DNA of 64,000 nucleotides, taken from Octopus sinensis. Taxonomy: Eukaryota. The position numbers and the translations under genes are program-made. The notes under the pieces were generated by a model. That model had not been told where the DNA came from. It saw only the letters and a list, made by a program, of their open reading frames with translations, and did no database searches. The stretch is from NCBI RefSeq assembly GCF_006345805.1, contig NC_043002.1, positions 21,514,001-21,578,000 on the forward strand. Reading direction: 5' to 3'. Below are positions 50,809-64,000 of this stretch, one piece after another (within the stretch, counting starts at the first letter, position 1; every line of letters begins with the position of its first letter).

Positions 50809-53435
50809 GAAAATACGGTTGTATGTATGTGTGCCTCTTCACATCTATATATGCTTCTCTATATACTCATATATGTATATACGTATACTTATATAATGTG
50901 TGTATATATTTATATATATATATATGTGTGTGTATCATTTTATATATATATGTATATACACACACGCACGCGCGCGCACATATGTATATAAATAGATGTG
51001 TGTCTTCTTCATATTAAAAAAATCTTAGGATCTTTCTGGAATTTAATTTTTTAAAATTTCCTTTTTATTATCTCTAGTAATCTACCAATTTCTAATTCTT
51101 TCTCTTTCCATCCTCTCTCTACTCCTCGTATTCTTTCCATTCTCGTCTCCTACTCTTCCTGTTCTGAAACTTCTCTCTTTACAAGTGATTTCTGTTGTTG
51201 TTGTTGTTTTTTTTCTTTTTCTGTTTTTCTTTTCTCTTTCCCCCTCTCACTTTACTCTTCTATGAAGATTAGAATTTTTTTTTTCTATTTTGTCTATTGA
51301 CAAAATTAATTGCTGTAATGAAAATATCTTAATAATTTCAGATATTTTCTCAAAGATCTACCAATGGTAAGGTTTGTTTTAAATTGAATCTCTTGCCTAA
51401 AGCTAAAACCGTTTGTTTGATATTTTTTTCTTTTTTTATTATTTTGATTTTTTTTTCAAAATTTTCATTAAGCGATAATTTCAAATCCAATTTATTATTT
51501 CTTCCTTTTATTTATATACATATTTTTTTGATTTATTTTGCTAATAGAAATTCTAGCATAATTTTTGCCAACAAAAAGTACTACTATTAATAAATAAATA
51601 AATGAATAAATAAATACATAAAAAAGACCTCCTCCCCACTAAAAAAAAATCAATAAAATAAAAAAGCCAACAAAAGGAAAAAATGGGAACAAAAGTTCAA
51701 AAAACAAAAAAGTCAAAAGCAGACCAAATTTTCAAAACCCAGAAATATGACAAACCAATAAACGAATTAATTGTTAAGAAATATTTTATTGCTTGAGTTT
51801 CTGGAGCAGACAAACTAAGTGGTAGGTGGGTTTTGGTGGTGGTGGTCGTGGTGGTGGTGGTTGTGGTAGTGATAGTGGTGGTGGTGGTTCAAATAAAATT
51901 AATTATTTATATTATATTTGATATAAAGACATACTTTACAATGGTTTAATATGTCAGGTATAATTTACAATTGTCACCCCTGTCTCTGCCCTCCCTCTCT
52001 CTTTCTGCCTCTTTCTTTTTCTCCCAATATCTTTCCCTTCTCTCTTTCATCCAAATCATTCCTTCTCTTTCTCTCATCCTTTCTCTGTATCAATTTCTCT
52101 CTCTCTACTTTCCTCTGCCTCTCTGCCATTCCTTGCCGCTCCCCTCTCTCTCTACTTTCCTCTGCCTATCTGCCATTCCTTACCTCTCTCTCTCTTTCTC
52201 TCTCTTTCACTTTTTACCTTTCCTTGTATCTCTCTACCTTTCTCTGTCTCTCTCTTTTCTTCCTTCTCCTCACTCTCCCTCTTTCAACAAAATTGTCAGA
52301 GATCACAGAAAATCAATTTTTTTTTATATATTTCAATCTATTACATTAATAATTCTATCATTGCTAATTATTTCTGTTCTCTCTTCCCTCCATTCTTTCC
52401 CTCTTCCCTCCTCTCTCTCTTCTTACTCCTCCAGCTCTCCTTTGAAGCTTTGTCTTCATCTTCTTGACATCTACTCTTTGCTTTATATCTCTCCACCTGC
52501 CATTTCACATCTCTCTTCTTCCCATCTCATCCCTCCACATCTCACCTCCTCTCCTCATTCCTTCTCCCTTTTCTCTTCTCCCACTTCTTTCTTTCCTTTA
52601 GTCATTGTTCCTTTAACAACTTAGTGCAACTCATAGAGTACAGGTTGTGGACTTTTGACCTTTCATAATATTAAGCATTATTCCTCAAGGAACGACTATA
52701 TATCTGTTTACTCCAGAGGAGCAGACATCCTAACACTGCCGTCATTTCCTTGTGGTTGCCGAAGGCAGAAATGTTTTGGCTTATCAGAAAATTTAACAAT
52801 TACAGTTTTCTCTCCTACTTACCTTGTAACCACTGTTATTTACTGCAGAGAGGAAGGGTGAGATAGAGGGAGAGAGAGAAATTATACCTTAACTTTCTGG
52901 CTATTTATCTAAGTAGAGAGGAAGCTAGTTTATTGAGTAATACCATAGTGCATCAGTAAGAAAGTACAGAGCAATGGGTTACAGCTTTATTGTTATCAAA
53001 GCCTTCCGTTCATCAAAGTTTTCAATCTAGATGTATATTAAACTGGTGGTCACTGTTGCTATAAATCTTGTGATGTCAGCTTGTGAAGCTTTGCTTGTCT
53101 GTCACCTTGTTATAGTTCTATGGACGCTGGAGATTTGAAGACAATAGAACATCAAAATATTTAGCTTCGTCCTTTCATGTGGGTTGGAAACCAATTTGTA
53201 TTTCTTTTCTTCCTTGAATACTTTATTCGTTTTGCTAAACAGAAATTCTAGCATAGTTTGAGCCGTAAAATTTATACCCACCACTTCCCAAAAATAAAAC
53301 AACAAAAACAAGCTTGTAGACTTTGCTTTTCATTGTCCAAAGTTTTTGTGGAATAATTACCTGACACCTGCTCTCCTGGAGCTGTTACAGTCAGCAATTC
53401 AATAAGATAGCATGCATATTTATGGTCATAAACAC

Positions 53436-53689
53436 CAGTGGTTTTCAACCAGGGTCCATATGGCCCTTGGGGGTCCATATAAGATTTTGTCGGCAAAATA
53501 TATGTGCAATGAATTGGTTATACTTTTACAATGCACAAAATATTTTAACAAATTTTTATATACTTTTTAATAATATTTTATTTAAAAAATATAATGGGTT
53601 TTTTCTAAACATCAAATGGCTATGAGGATCCAGTAGAGGAAAATAGGAACAAAAGGGGTTCATAGGTTAAAATTGGTTGAAAACCACTG
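53436..53689. mobile_element. hAT (Charlie-like) MITE, 254 bp
   Basis: Perfect 15-bp TIR cagtggttttcaacc / ggttgaaaaccactg; 8-bp TSD ataaacac / atatacac; related to 45309-45658. Confidence 0.9.
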
Positions 53690-54070
53690 ATATACACTGT
53701 AGGAATGATAAAATCGGTACAGTATTGGACTTGATATATTGGTGTATTTCACAACATTTATGTTGTAATTTCACTTCCTGCCATGGTCAACTTTATATTT
53801 CATACTTCTAGGGTTAATAAAATAAGTACTAATTAAGTACCTGGGTGGATTTAATTGACTACACTCTGTTCCCTAAATTTCTCTTCCTTTGTACTTATGC
53901 TAGAAACCATTATTATATTCGGTAACATGGGGTTTGTTACATTGGACTCAGTTTCAAAACAGCTCATAGCAGCTGATGTAAATTCAGTTGTCTAAATTTA
54001 CATTGTTAATTATGTGCAAATAAGCTTTCTGGATGGTCAAGATGTTTGTCAGAGCAAAGCCTGCTCTTAA

Positions 54071-54294
54071 CCCTTTAGCATTCAGATTACTCTGTCTAAT
54101 GTAATGCATATTCATTCACATTGATTTGAATTATAATCTTGTGTTATCTTGTAGCTTTAAGATTCCACAGATGTCATTGTATATTTTTTACAATGACATT
54201 GTAGAGTAAGTGTGAGAGATCAGATCTGGTCAGTTTGAACATAAAACAGGTAGAAAATTTGAGGCTGTATATGGCGAGTTTAAATGCTAAATGC
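54071..54294. mobile_element. piggyBac-type MITE
   Basis: ttaa|ccctttagcatt...aatgctaaatgc|ttaa. Confidence 0.8.
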
Positions 54295-55027
54295 TTAAAC
54301 TGCCTGGTTTGGGTTTTTAAGGCTGAGAGTTACAGTCTTGATTTAAGGAGACTAAAGAACTTGGTTTGTGTCACTAGTGCTGTAAAGAACATAAAAGGTG
54401 TTTTATAATTCGGAAATATTGTGCTGGCTGGGTGAAGCAGTAGTTCAACAATTTCTTGGGTGTAAGAAAACTATTAGTCAATAGATTTTTCTTCCCGAGC
54501 AGTGAATGATGCCAAACCAGGGACTCGTCTTGCAACAACCTCAAATGAACCAAGCAGATAAATCAGTGAAGAAACCCCTACACGGCCATTCAATCTGCTA
54601 GAAATAATTATTTAGTCCTTTAAATCATATTTTATTGTTTTAAAGGAAGTTGAGTACGCCAATGATAATGTAGCCTTATATAGACTGCTGTTGGAAAGCA
54701 ACATGTGATGGTCATAGTTGGAGTGTGTGTGTTCATAATGCTGCTCACATTACATCTGAATATGGAGGCCAGAAGAGGTTCTCTATGATATGTATAGCCA
54801 GGAATTTGAAATGACTCACACATCAAATTTCCCATCTTTTGCCATCAGGATATTGCGCTGGAATGGCAGAAATAGTGGAGTGTTCAGTTAATTGACTCCT
54901 TTATGATATTTAGCTTCATCCCTCTGGGTGCTGGGTTTATTTCCCACTGGCCTATTAGAGTCCTGCTTTGACGTTTATCCACCAAGGACTCCATAGGATA
55001 ATTGCTATTAGTGCACCATTTTTGTGC

Positions 55028-55087
55028 TATATATATATGTGTGTGTATATATATGTGTGTGTATATATATATGTGTGTGTATATATA

Positions 55088-55121
<34 letters not shown>

Positions 55122-55140
55122 CTATGTATATGTATATACG

Positions 55141-55176
<36 letters not shown>

Positions 55177-55177
55177 C

Positions 55178-55209
<32 letters not shown>

Positions 55210-55320
55210 GTATATACGTATATATATATATATATATATGTATATGTATATATATACGTATATATATATATATATATGTATATGTATATACGTATATATA
55301 TATATATATATATATACACT
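55028..55320. repeat. (TA)n-based compound microsatellite with higher-order tacgta unit
   Basis: Directly visible. Confidence 0.95.
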
Positions 55321-55974
55321 CACACACAAAAAGAGAGCTAATTTTAGAGTGTGGTATGTATGTATATATTATATATATACACACACATGCTTATACACAC
55401 ATGTATACAGATGTATACTTACACACTCCCCATCTTTCTAATGGATACATTATTTTTCTTTGATTGCACATGTCTTGAACATCTACTTGTGTTCTCCCCT
55501 ACTTGCTGGTATGTGGTGTTGAGCGATCAGGGGAAATAGTTGGGCACTTGCTTAATGGCTTCCCATATATATATATATATATAAATAAAATCTCTTTGAC
55601 AGTGAGATTCAGCGATTCAGCTGTTATGTCACTACTGGGTTTCTGTCACTGATGATCCTGGGCAGGGTGAAATCATATCATATGGTAGTTCCAGCGCCTG
55701 TAGCAGATGATTCTCCTCTTCCAACAATATACATATGAGTGCTTTTATGCACCATGCATCCATATGGGAGGGTCGCCAAGGTAAATAATGCAGTATTTGG
55801 TGTTCTTGTGCATCCACATTAAGTTAGCTTTAACGAATGTCTTTTGATATTAATACTGCTTCTGTCACTATTAATTGAATATATGATTATGTGAAAACTT
55901 TTCTCCACTAATTCCATCCTACCTATGCAAGCATGAAAATATGGATGCTAAAGCACTGATAATATTGATTATGA

Positions 55975-56014
<40 letters not shown>

Positions 56015-58539
56015 GTCTTGCAACATACATTGCTATGCCTTGCTGCAATGTAAATGCAGTGTCACAGAAGTGTTTGTTTTCTTGGGATAGAGTTAATGAA
56101 ATTATATATGCAGTTGACAAAATATGCTGGTTTTCATATGCTTAATCCATGTATACAGATATTAAAATATATATCTGTGTGAGACTCCAGACTTTGAAGT
56201 CTCTGTGTTTCATATGTTACATATCCAATCATCTGAGGATTATAATTTCATGGGCTATACTTGCTCACATACACACATTCACACATATCAATGAGAAATG
56301 ATGTGGAATAAAATGTGATGTTCTGCATTCATATTTTCCAGACTACCATGACTGTTTTTTTTTGTGTATGCATTTGGGGTTGTGGTGTAGCCTAGTCTGA
56401 TATATCAGCCTTTATCCAGCTAATATATTGTATATTGTTGGAGCAATTTACAGCTGGGTATCTTTCTTGTTATTAAACATTTATCTGTGAAGTAAGAGTC
56501 TTGAAAATTACTTTTTCTCATTCTTTCCAACTGGAGTTATGTGACTTGTTCAGTTACATAATAGTAAGGCTCTGTTTAGATTTGATCTTCTTATCATATG
56601 GTCAGTAGAGCTGCACCATAACCATATAGCCACACATATTTTTGTCGCTGACAGAGGCTGACTAGTTTTGCCAGGTTCTGACTTTACTCATGCTTTTTAT
56701 GAGTTGACAAAGGATCCTCTATGCTGTCACTGACTGGCTTGAAATAGCAGCCAAATCTTACTCATATTGAATTTTGCTATTTTGGATAGTGAAAGGACAC
56801 ATATGATAATGTAGATCAACATTCTGCTAGAAAAGGAAAAAGACAGGATAGTAATCACAGTGAAAAAGCAGCCTCTGTGTGGTCACTGACTGGCTAGAAA
56901 TAGCAGCCAATTCTCACTCATGGAGCCCTACTATCTTGAATAATGAAAGGATATGAGATAATGTAGGCCTACATTCCTTTTAAAAAAGTAAAAGAGACAA
57001 GATGATTATGGTCAGGTGTTTTTTTTTTAATTATAGATCTGCTTCTTTAGGGTTGCTCTGGGTCTAAGCAACAATAATAACAACAACATACTTTTCTGTT
57101 AGAATTACATATATACAGCATCTATAAATGCCAGTATATAACAGCTTTTATTAATGATATAAAAAACATGAAGTAGATAGAAGTAGCATTAAACATGTAA
57201 AAGGAAACCTGTGTGATAATAACAGTACTCAGGGGTCACATTGACTTGTTAATTGTAACTGGGGGAGAATCCCAACGTGGTTGTTTTGACATTATGGATA
57301 GATCACCTCATAACTACTAAGAATGCATGTTATAGAACAAATTGGATGGTTCTTCAGTTAGCCACCTATATCAAGAAATTATTTTTTTTTGCCTCTTGAA
57401 AAATAATAACAAAATCAATTTTCTGATTTATAGCATATATTTATATATATTTTTTTGCTTCTGGATTATTTAGTGGTTTTTATTTTCTATTTGGAAAGAT
57501 TTTTTTTTTACACTGCTTATTTTGAGCACCAATCTATTGATTTCTAACTTGTTATGTGGAGTTTGATTCGAGATTTTCGAAGGGGTAGAGTTGTGTTCTG
57601 GTTTCAATATTTAATTTTTTTCTCTCTTCACTCTGAAAATTGCTTCCAATATTGTTTTTTATTCGCTATGTTCTTTTGTTTTTTTTTTTTTTTGCATTTC
57701 TATTTTTTCTCCTGAAATTTTGAATCGACAAAACTGATATAATTATTTTAAATGACCAACAGGCTAATATTAATCAAAGAATGATCTATTGAAGTGAGGT
57801 GAAATCAAAACTTAAAAAAAAAAGTAATAATAAAATACTGAAAATTGAAATTTAAAATCAAATCAGAAATCGGTTATAAAAACAAGAAAAAACAATAACA
57901 AACAAAATCAACCCGAAATAAACTGAAATTTAAAATTTTTATTTTTTAAAAAATCAAATTTGAATTTGAGTTTGTTTTTCAATTCCCAGGAACCCTACCC
58001 ACGCAACTTCAGTTTATTAAAATAAACATCATCTGAGTTTTATAATCGATGTGAAATTTTAATTCACCCCCATTTCTCTCCTTAAGCAACTAAAATGAAA
58101 CTGTAAAGCTAAAAATAACACCCTTTTTCTGCTCCCCCTCCAAAAAAAGAATGAAATGAGAATAAAAAACATTATTCAAATTGAAAATTTTTGTATTCCT
58201 CGTTTAATTTTGTTGAGCAGTCAAGTAAAACATGATATATATATATATATATTTAACTTCTGTGTGGTTGTTATTTAAAACACATTTGTCCTTAAGATGG
58301 CAATCTGTATATTTTCACTTGTTTTTTTACTTTTCTTGAAGTTTGGTATTTATTTTCTGTTATATACATATGTATGTATGTGGGTGGGTGTGTAGGTGAG
58401 TTTTCTTAAAATATATATAAATGAGACAAAAATTAAACAACAAAGTCAAATAAAGGTACATTACATAACATATGAGATAAATTCTCGATTTATTGAAATC
58501 GTCTCTGCTTAGTGGCAGTTGATGGTATTAACATTGAAA

Positions 58540-58768
58540 GCGGTGAGCTGGCAGAAACGTTAGCACGCCGGGCGAAATGCTTAGCGGTATTTCGTCTGCA
58601 TTACGTTATGAGTTCAAATTCCACCGAGGTCGACTTTGCCTTTCATCCTTTCGGGGTCGATAAATTAAGTACCAGTTACGCACTGGGGTCGATTTAATCG
58701 ACTTAATACCTATGTCTGTCCTTGTTTGTCCCCTCTGTGTTTAGCCCCTTGTGGGTAATAAAGAAATA
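58540..58768 (+). mobile_element. SINE family C, young, with ~17-bp TSD
   Basis: TSD ggtattaacattgaaag on both sides; CpG-rich body. Confidence 0.9.
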
Positions 58769-59207
58769 GGTATTAACATTGAAAGAAGGGAGGATGATCT
58801 CAAGAATCAAGAATTCTCAAATACTCATCATGCCTTTCAAGAAAAGACAGTCTGATTGTCTGAAGACAACTGGATAACTGTGGAATTGTGTTTTTGCACC
58901 AGTAAAGGTATCATCGGCTCAGCATTTGTCTTATCTTAACTTCGGCAGACATATAGACATATACACTTAGACATATTCAAAAGGGAATAGAAAACATTCA
59001 TGGCTTAAGCAGTTTGCATAAGTGAAATGAAATTGAGCTAAGAAAAAAAAATCTCAGAGTGGTCATTGGCATGTTTTGGAAAAAAACAAAGATGAATAAA
59101 ATATCAAAGAACAGTCAAGATTAAATCATGATGTATTGAAATGATCTTACTTCCCGTGATAGACCAATAATCACTCACTGGCAATTGGTATATATATATA
59201 TATATAT

Positions 59208-59398
59208 TCTTTTGATTCAGTCATTTGACTGTGGCCATGCTGGAGCACCACATTTAGTCGAACAAATCAGCCCCAAGACTTATTCTTTGTAAGCTTAGTA
59301 CTTATTCTGTCGGTCTCTTTTGCAGAACCACTAAGTTAAATGTAAACACACCAGCATCAATTATCAGGCGATGGTGTGGGGACAAACACAGACACACA

Positions 59399-59433
<35 letters not shown>

Positions 59434-59624
59434 ATATATATATATATATACATATACACACACACAACAGGCTTTTTCCAGTTTCCGTCTACCAAATCAA
59501 CTCACAAGGCTTTGGTTGGCCCGAGGCTATAGTAGAAGACACCAAAGGTGCCATGCAGTGGGACTGAACCTGGAACCATGTGGTTGGTAAACAAGCTACT
59601 TACCACACAGCTACTCTTGTGCCT
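59208..59624 (-). mobile_element. Full-length SINE family B
   Basis: Reverse complement of the 24041 copy. Confidence 0.85.
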
Positions 59625-59679
59625 ATATATAATATCTTTTTTTTTTTTTTGCCCTAAATCAGAAGCCATTATATTTTGC

Positions 59680-60930
59680 AACATTTCTTCTGTCTCTTTA
59701 TGTTCCGAGTTCAAACATCACAAAGGTCAACTTTACTTTTTATCCTTCTCAGGGATCAGTAGAAGAGTACCAATCAAGTACTGGTGTTGATGTACTTAAC
59801 TAATCCCCTCTCCTTAAAATTGCTGGCCTTGTGCCAATATTTGAAGCAGTTATTTAAAAAAAAAAAAAATTTGTTGTCAGGTTAATGCAGGCTGGTAGAT
59901 AAATAGTCTTTAGAGCATTGGAAAAATGCCTTGCAATAATTGTTCTGGCTTTTAGAATACTGGTTCAAATCCCACAGAGGTTAAGTTTGCCTGTCACCTT
60001 TTCGGATTTGATAAAATAAAATATCATTTGATTTAACTGACTGCCTCATCTATACTAGCTGCTGGCTATATGCCTGAATTTGAAATTATATTTGGGTAGT
60101 GAATGAAAAATCTCATAGGGGGCAGAGGACAAAAGCAGTAAAGTGCTTGAGAACTGAATCAGTAAGGTGCTTGGCAAAATGCTTAGTTGTCTTTAGGTAT
60201 ATTTTGAGTTCTAATGCTACCAAATCAATCCAAGATCAATAGAGTGCTTGGGTTAATTTGATGTATATACTTTTCTAAATTCATAACCTAGTGATCATGT
60301 TAAAAATCATAATTTCTGTTATTTATAAAAGTGCTCATGCCATGAGGGGCGTTGAACTGTAATGAGAAACCTTATATATATATAGCACAAGGCCAGCAAC
60401 TTTTTCAAGGGAGAGGACTAGTTCAACCCTAGTGCTCAGCCAATTCTTATTTTATTGACCACTAAAGGATGAAAGGCAAAGATGGTCTCAACAGCATTTT
60501 AACTCAGAATGTAAAGAACCTGAAGAAATACTGTTAAGCATTTGGTTTGATGTGCTAACAATTCTGCCAACTCTCCCTTAAATAGTAATAACAATGGTTT
60601 CAAATTTTGTCACAAGGTTTTTAATTGTGGCAGAGGAGGTAATTTGATTACATTACTTATTTTATTGATCCTGAAAGGATGAAAGGCAAAGTTTACCTTG
60701 GTGGAATTTGAACTCAGAACATACAGATGAACAAAATTCTGCTAAGCATTTTGCCTAGTATGCTTATAATTCTGCCAGCTCATTGCATTAATAATGATGA
60801 TGATGATGATGATAATACTGATAATAATAATGGTTTCTACTTTAGGTACAAGGTTTGTAATTTTTGAAAGGAGAAGGTTAATCAATACCATCAACCCCTT
60901 GACTGATACATTACTTTGTCAACCCTGAAA
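59680..60930. mobile_element. Array of degenerate family C SINEs (+ then -)
   Basis: Repeated aaaggatgaaaggcaaag / gaactcagaa / tctgccagct motifs. Confidence 0.65.
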
Positions 60931-62013
60931 CTATCAATGAAATGTAGTAGTAGTAGCAATGATAATTCTTTCTAATTTTGTCACATTTCTAATTTTGTCA
61001 CAAATGACAGTGCCCCAGCATGGCCACAGCTCGTGAGCTGAAACTAGATAAAATAAAAAATAATTGCAATCTTGCAGCTCCTTCTTCTTGGTCCTGATTT
61101 CAGTTTCATAGCTTCACCTTTTGATTTTCATCCTTCCATGGAGGTCAATAAAATAAGGTACCAGGGTCCATATAATTAATTCCACCCTGTTCTCAAAATT
61201 CTTCAACTTGTGTTTCGGTTAGAAGCCATAATTGTTATTTATAAAAACCTGTTTTCGATACTTGATAGATTGACATTCACCTTTCTCGAGTTAGTTTGAC
61301 ACAAAATCAACCTCAATTTGTACCATGTCTAGCCTAGTCTGGGTTCACAAGGTCATGTCAGTTATTTTAACCTTCCCACACCGTCACCTCTGACATCTTT
61401 TGTCTCTGGTTACTCATTGGCCTAACTAACTGCAGTTAGTATTGAAACAAGTGCAAAGGTCAAACTGCATTGCTGGTTAATGATAATTAACTTCTATTTT
61501 CCTATTTTCTTTTCACTGCAGCCCTCACTTTCCATGTCCAGGACTTCAGTCCCTAAATATTTTTCATGTATATGATACACTCCAGTTTATTTCTTTAAGT
61601 CAGGACACTGTATACCCTCCCTTCTGCCCCCCCCCAACTTGATAGCCATGTTGTCCCTTCCAATCATTACCACTTACACTAATGGTTTATGCCACTACTT
61701 AGATCTCTCTGATAGTGGATGGTGGTGATATTTGTGAGTTAGTATCCCATATTCAAGCAACATTTTTACCAAGCTTCCCACACTACCTCTGCATCGATCA
61801 TAGATAGTATGAGGCAGGGGAACCTATTCATTAATTACTTTGCTGGATTATATCATGATCATATTCATGACCATAATCATGATCACCATCATCATCATTA
61901 TTGATCCATTTTCCCATTGTCGCATGGCTTGGATGGATGTTCTCCAGCAGCATTTTGACACTTGTCACCATCCTTTTTTCTCTAAGGTTATATTTGTTTT
62001 GCTCTTCTACAAG

Positions 62014-62048
<35 letters not shown>

Positions 62049-62118
62049 CGCTCACACAGGGTACACTTGTGTGTGGAGTACTCAGTCACTTGTATGTTAA
62101 TTTTATGAGTAGGCTGTT

Positions 62119-62338
62119 CTTATTTCTTTATTGCCCACAAGGGGACAAACAAGGACAGACAAAGGGATTAAGTTGATTACATTGACCCCCAGTGCGTAAC
62201 TGGTACTTAATTTATCGACCCCGAAAGGATGAAAGGCAAAGTTGACCTCGGTGGAATTTGAACTCAGAACGTAAGGACAGACGAAATACCACTAAGCATT
62301 TCGCCTGGTATGCTAACGTTTCTGCCAGCTCGCCACCT
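62119..62338 (-). mobile_element. SINE family C with 18-bp TSD
   Basis: TSD ttatgagtaggctgttct on both sides. Confidence 0.9.
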
Positions 62339-63023
62339 TATGAGTAGGCTGTTCTGTTGATCAGATTGACTGGAGCTTTTGTCACTTTAACTGATGTCTG
62401 TGCATCTGTAAGAAACCACTCTGCCACCCTTGTACATCATTCACCTCTAGCCCCATCTCTAACTATCAATTTCCTCACACACCCTTATAAATTTATCCTG
62501 CCCCACTCTTTTCATTCCTCAGCCTGTATTTTCTCTTATACTGACTCTATTATATCTTGAGGGTATGCTCTGACTCTTCAATTCCAAGATCTTTGTCTCC
62601 TTTCTAGCTACTCTTACCCACTCCTGTATTATGAAGAATAGCCATATCTCTTCTGTAGTAAAACATCTGTGCTCAATCCTCCATCATATTTTAGCATCTC
62701 AACTCCTGGCACAGAGCTACCTCCTTCGTTGCTATAACCTCTCTCATGTGAGGGGTCTTCATTTCCAAAGTTACTTTGCAATCATGTTATGTAAAATGCA
62801 CCCAGTACATTCTGTAAAGTGGTTGGCACTAGCAAGGGCATTGAGCCATAGAAACTATGCCAAAGTGGATGCTGGAGTTCAATGCAGTTTTCTGGTTTGT
62901 AAGATCTTGGCCAACTGTTCAAACCCATCAACCTATATCTGCTTGGAAGACAGACACACACACACACACACACACTTGAATCCTGCCTCTTAGAATCTAC
63001 ATTCTTATATACATTAGGTAGCA

Positions 63024-63341
63024 CTCTGTCGCTTACAATGACCAGGGTTCCAGTTGATCTGATCAGCAGAACAGCCTGCTTGTGAAATTAACATGCAAGT
63101 GGCTGAGCGCTCCACAGACATACGTACCCTAAGGTACATAGTTCTCAGGAAGATTCAGTGTGACACAGAATGTGACAAGACCAGCTCTTTGAATTACAGG
63201 TACTACTCATATTTGCCAGCTGAGGGGACTGGAGTCACATAAAATAAAGTGTCTTGCTCAAGAACACAATGCACCACTGGGAATTGAACTCGCAACCTTA
63301 CGATCATGAGTGAATATCCCTAACCACCAAGCCACGTGCCT
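63024..63341 (-). mobile_element. Full-length SINE family D (tRNA + CORE-like; octopus OR-type)
   Basis: Minus head ggcacgtggcttggtggttagggatattc..gagttcaattccc..cattgtgttcttgagcaagacacttta. Confidence 0.75.
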
Positions 63342-63504
63342 TGTATGAGTTAAGAAGCAGTTAAAAGACTAGGTTTTAAGAAAGTTATCTCATGTTAAAA
63401 GACTGCCTCTAAAGATTTCCATCTGGTCCAAACCATAGTTAATAGTTTCTAACCCCCTTACCTTGTGAGTGATTCTGGGTGAACAGAAACTGGGAGTCCA
63501 TTAA

Positions 63505-63921
63505 GGTGGCGAACTGGCAGAAACGTTAGCACTCCAGGCGAAATGCTTAGCGGTATTTCGTCTGCTGTTACGTTCTGAGTTCAAATTCTGCCAAGGTCGA
63601 CTTTTGCCTTTCGTCCTTTCGGGGTTGATAAATTAAGTACCAGTTACGCACTGGGGTCGATGTAATCGACTTAATCCCTTTGCTTGTCCTTGTTTGTCCT
63701 CTCTGTGTTTAGCCCCTTGTGGGTAGTAAAGAAATAGGTATTTCGTCTGTCTTTATGTTCTGAGTTCAAATTCCACCAAGGTCAACTTTGCCTTTCATCC
63801 TTTCGGGGTTGATAAATTAAATACCAGTTATTCACTGGGGTCGATATAATCGACTTAACCCATTTGTCTGTTCTTGTTTGTCCCCTCTGTTTTTGGCCCC
63901 TTGTGGGCAATAAAGAAATAA
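63505..63921 (+). mobile_element. SINE family C dimer (nested copy)
   Basis: Outer TSD agaaactg(g/t)gagtcc; inner duplication ggtatttcgtctg. Confidence 0.85.
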
Positions 63922-64000
63922 GAAACTGTGAGTCCTTGAATGAATACCTTGTTTATAGAACCAGGCTTTTTTTTTTTTTTACTTTGGAAACTGTCTGGCT

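Noticed and set aside
50361-50896. Recurrent ORFs with 'LQLDALPNANHSESVVGAF' peptides
   Set aside because: Antisense translation of the family A 3'UTR, not a gene family

Overview
AT-rich, repeat-dominated eukaryotic DNA. It is most likely intronic or intergenic sequence from an octopus (coleoid cephalopod), inferred from the SINE/LINE families and the very high microsatellite load. No intact host gene, rRNA, intact tRNA or CRISPR array is supported, and nearly all ORF-track entries are microsatellite or SINE read-throughs. Recognisable content: RTE-type LINE reverse-transcriptase relics and many 5'-truncated RTE 3'UTRs with (TGA)n tails, four tRNA-headed SINE families (several with long TSDs), three Tc1/mariner transposase relics, hAT and piggyBac MITEs, a foldback-like element and a 1.5-kb TG..CA LTR-pair element. 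The most unusual signals are (i) an ~810-bp 'flip-flop' concatemer M-/X/M+/Y/M-/X(rc)/M+/Y(rc) whose repeated module carries a decayed hammerhead-like core, (ii) several other minimal hammerhead-like motifs and long hairpin elements next to (TA)n tracts (Penelope/retrozyme-like), (iii) a tRNA-Asn 5' fragment fused to a retroposon 3' stem-loop tail, and (iv) modular tail swapping in SINEs. All calls are by eye, and repeat boundaries are approximate unless TSDs/TIRs are quoted.
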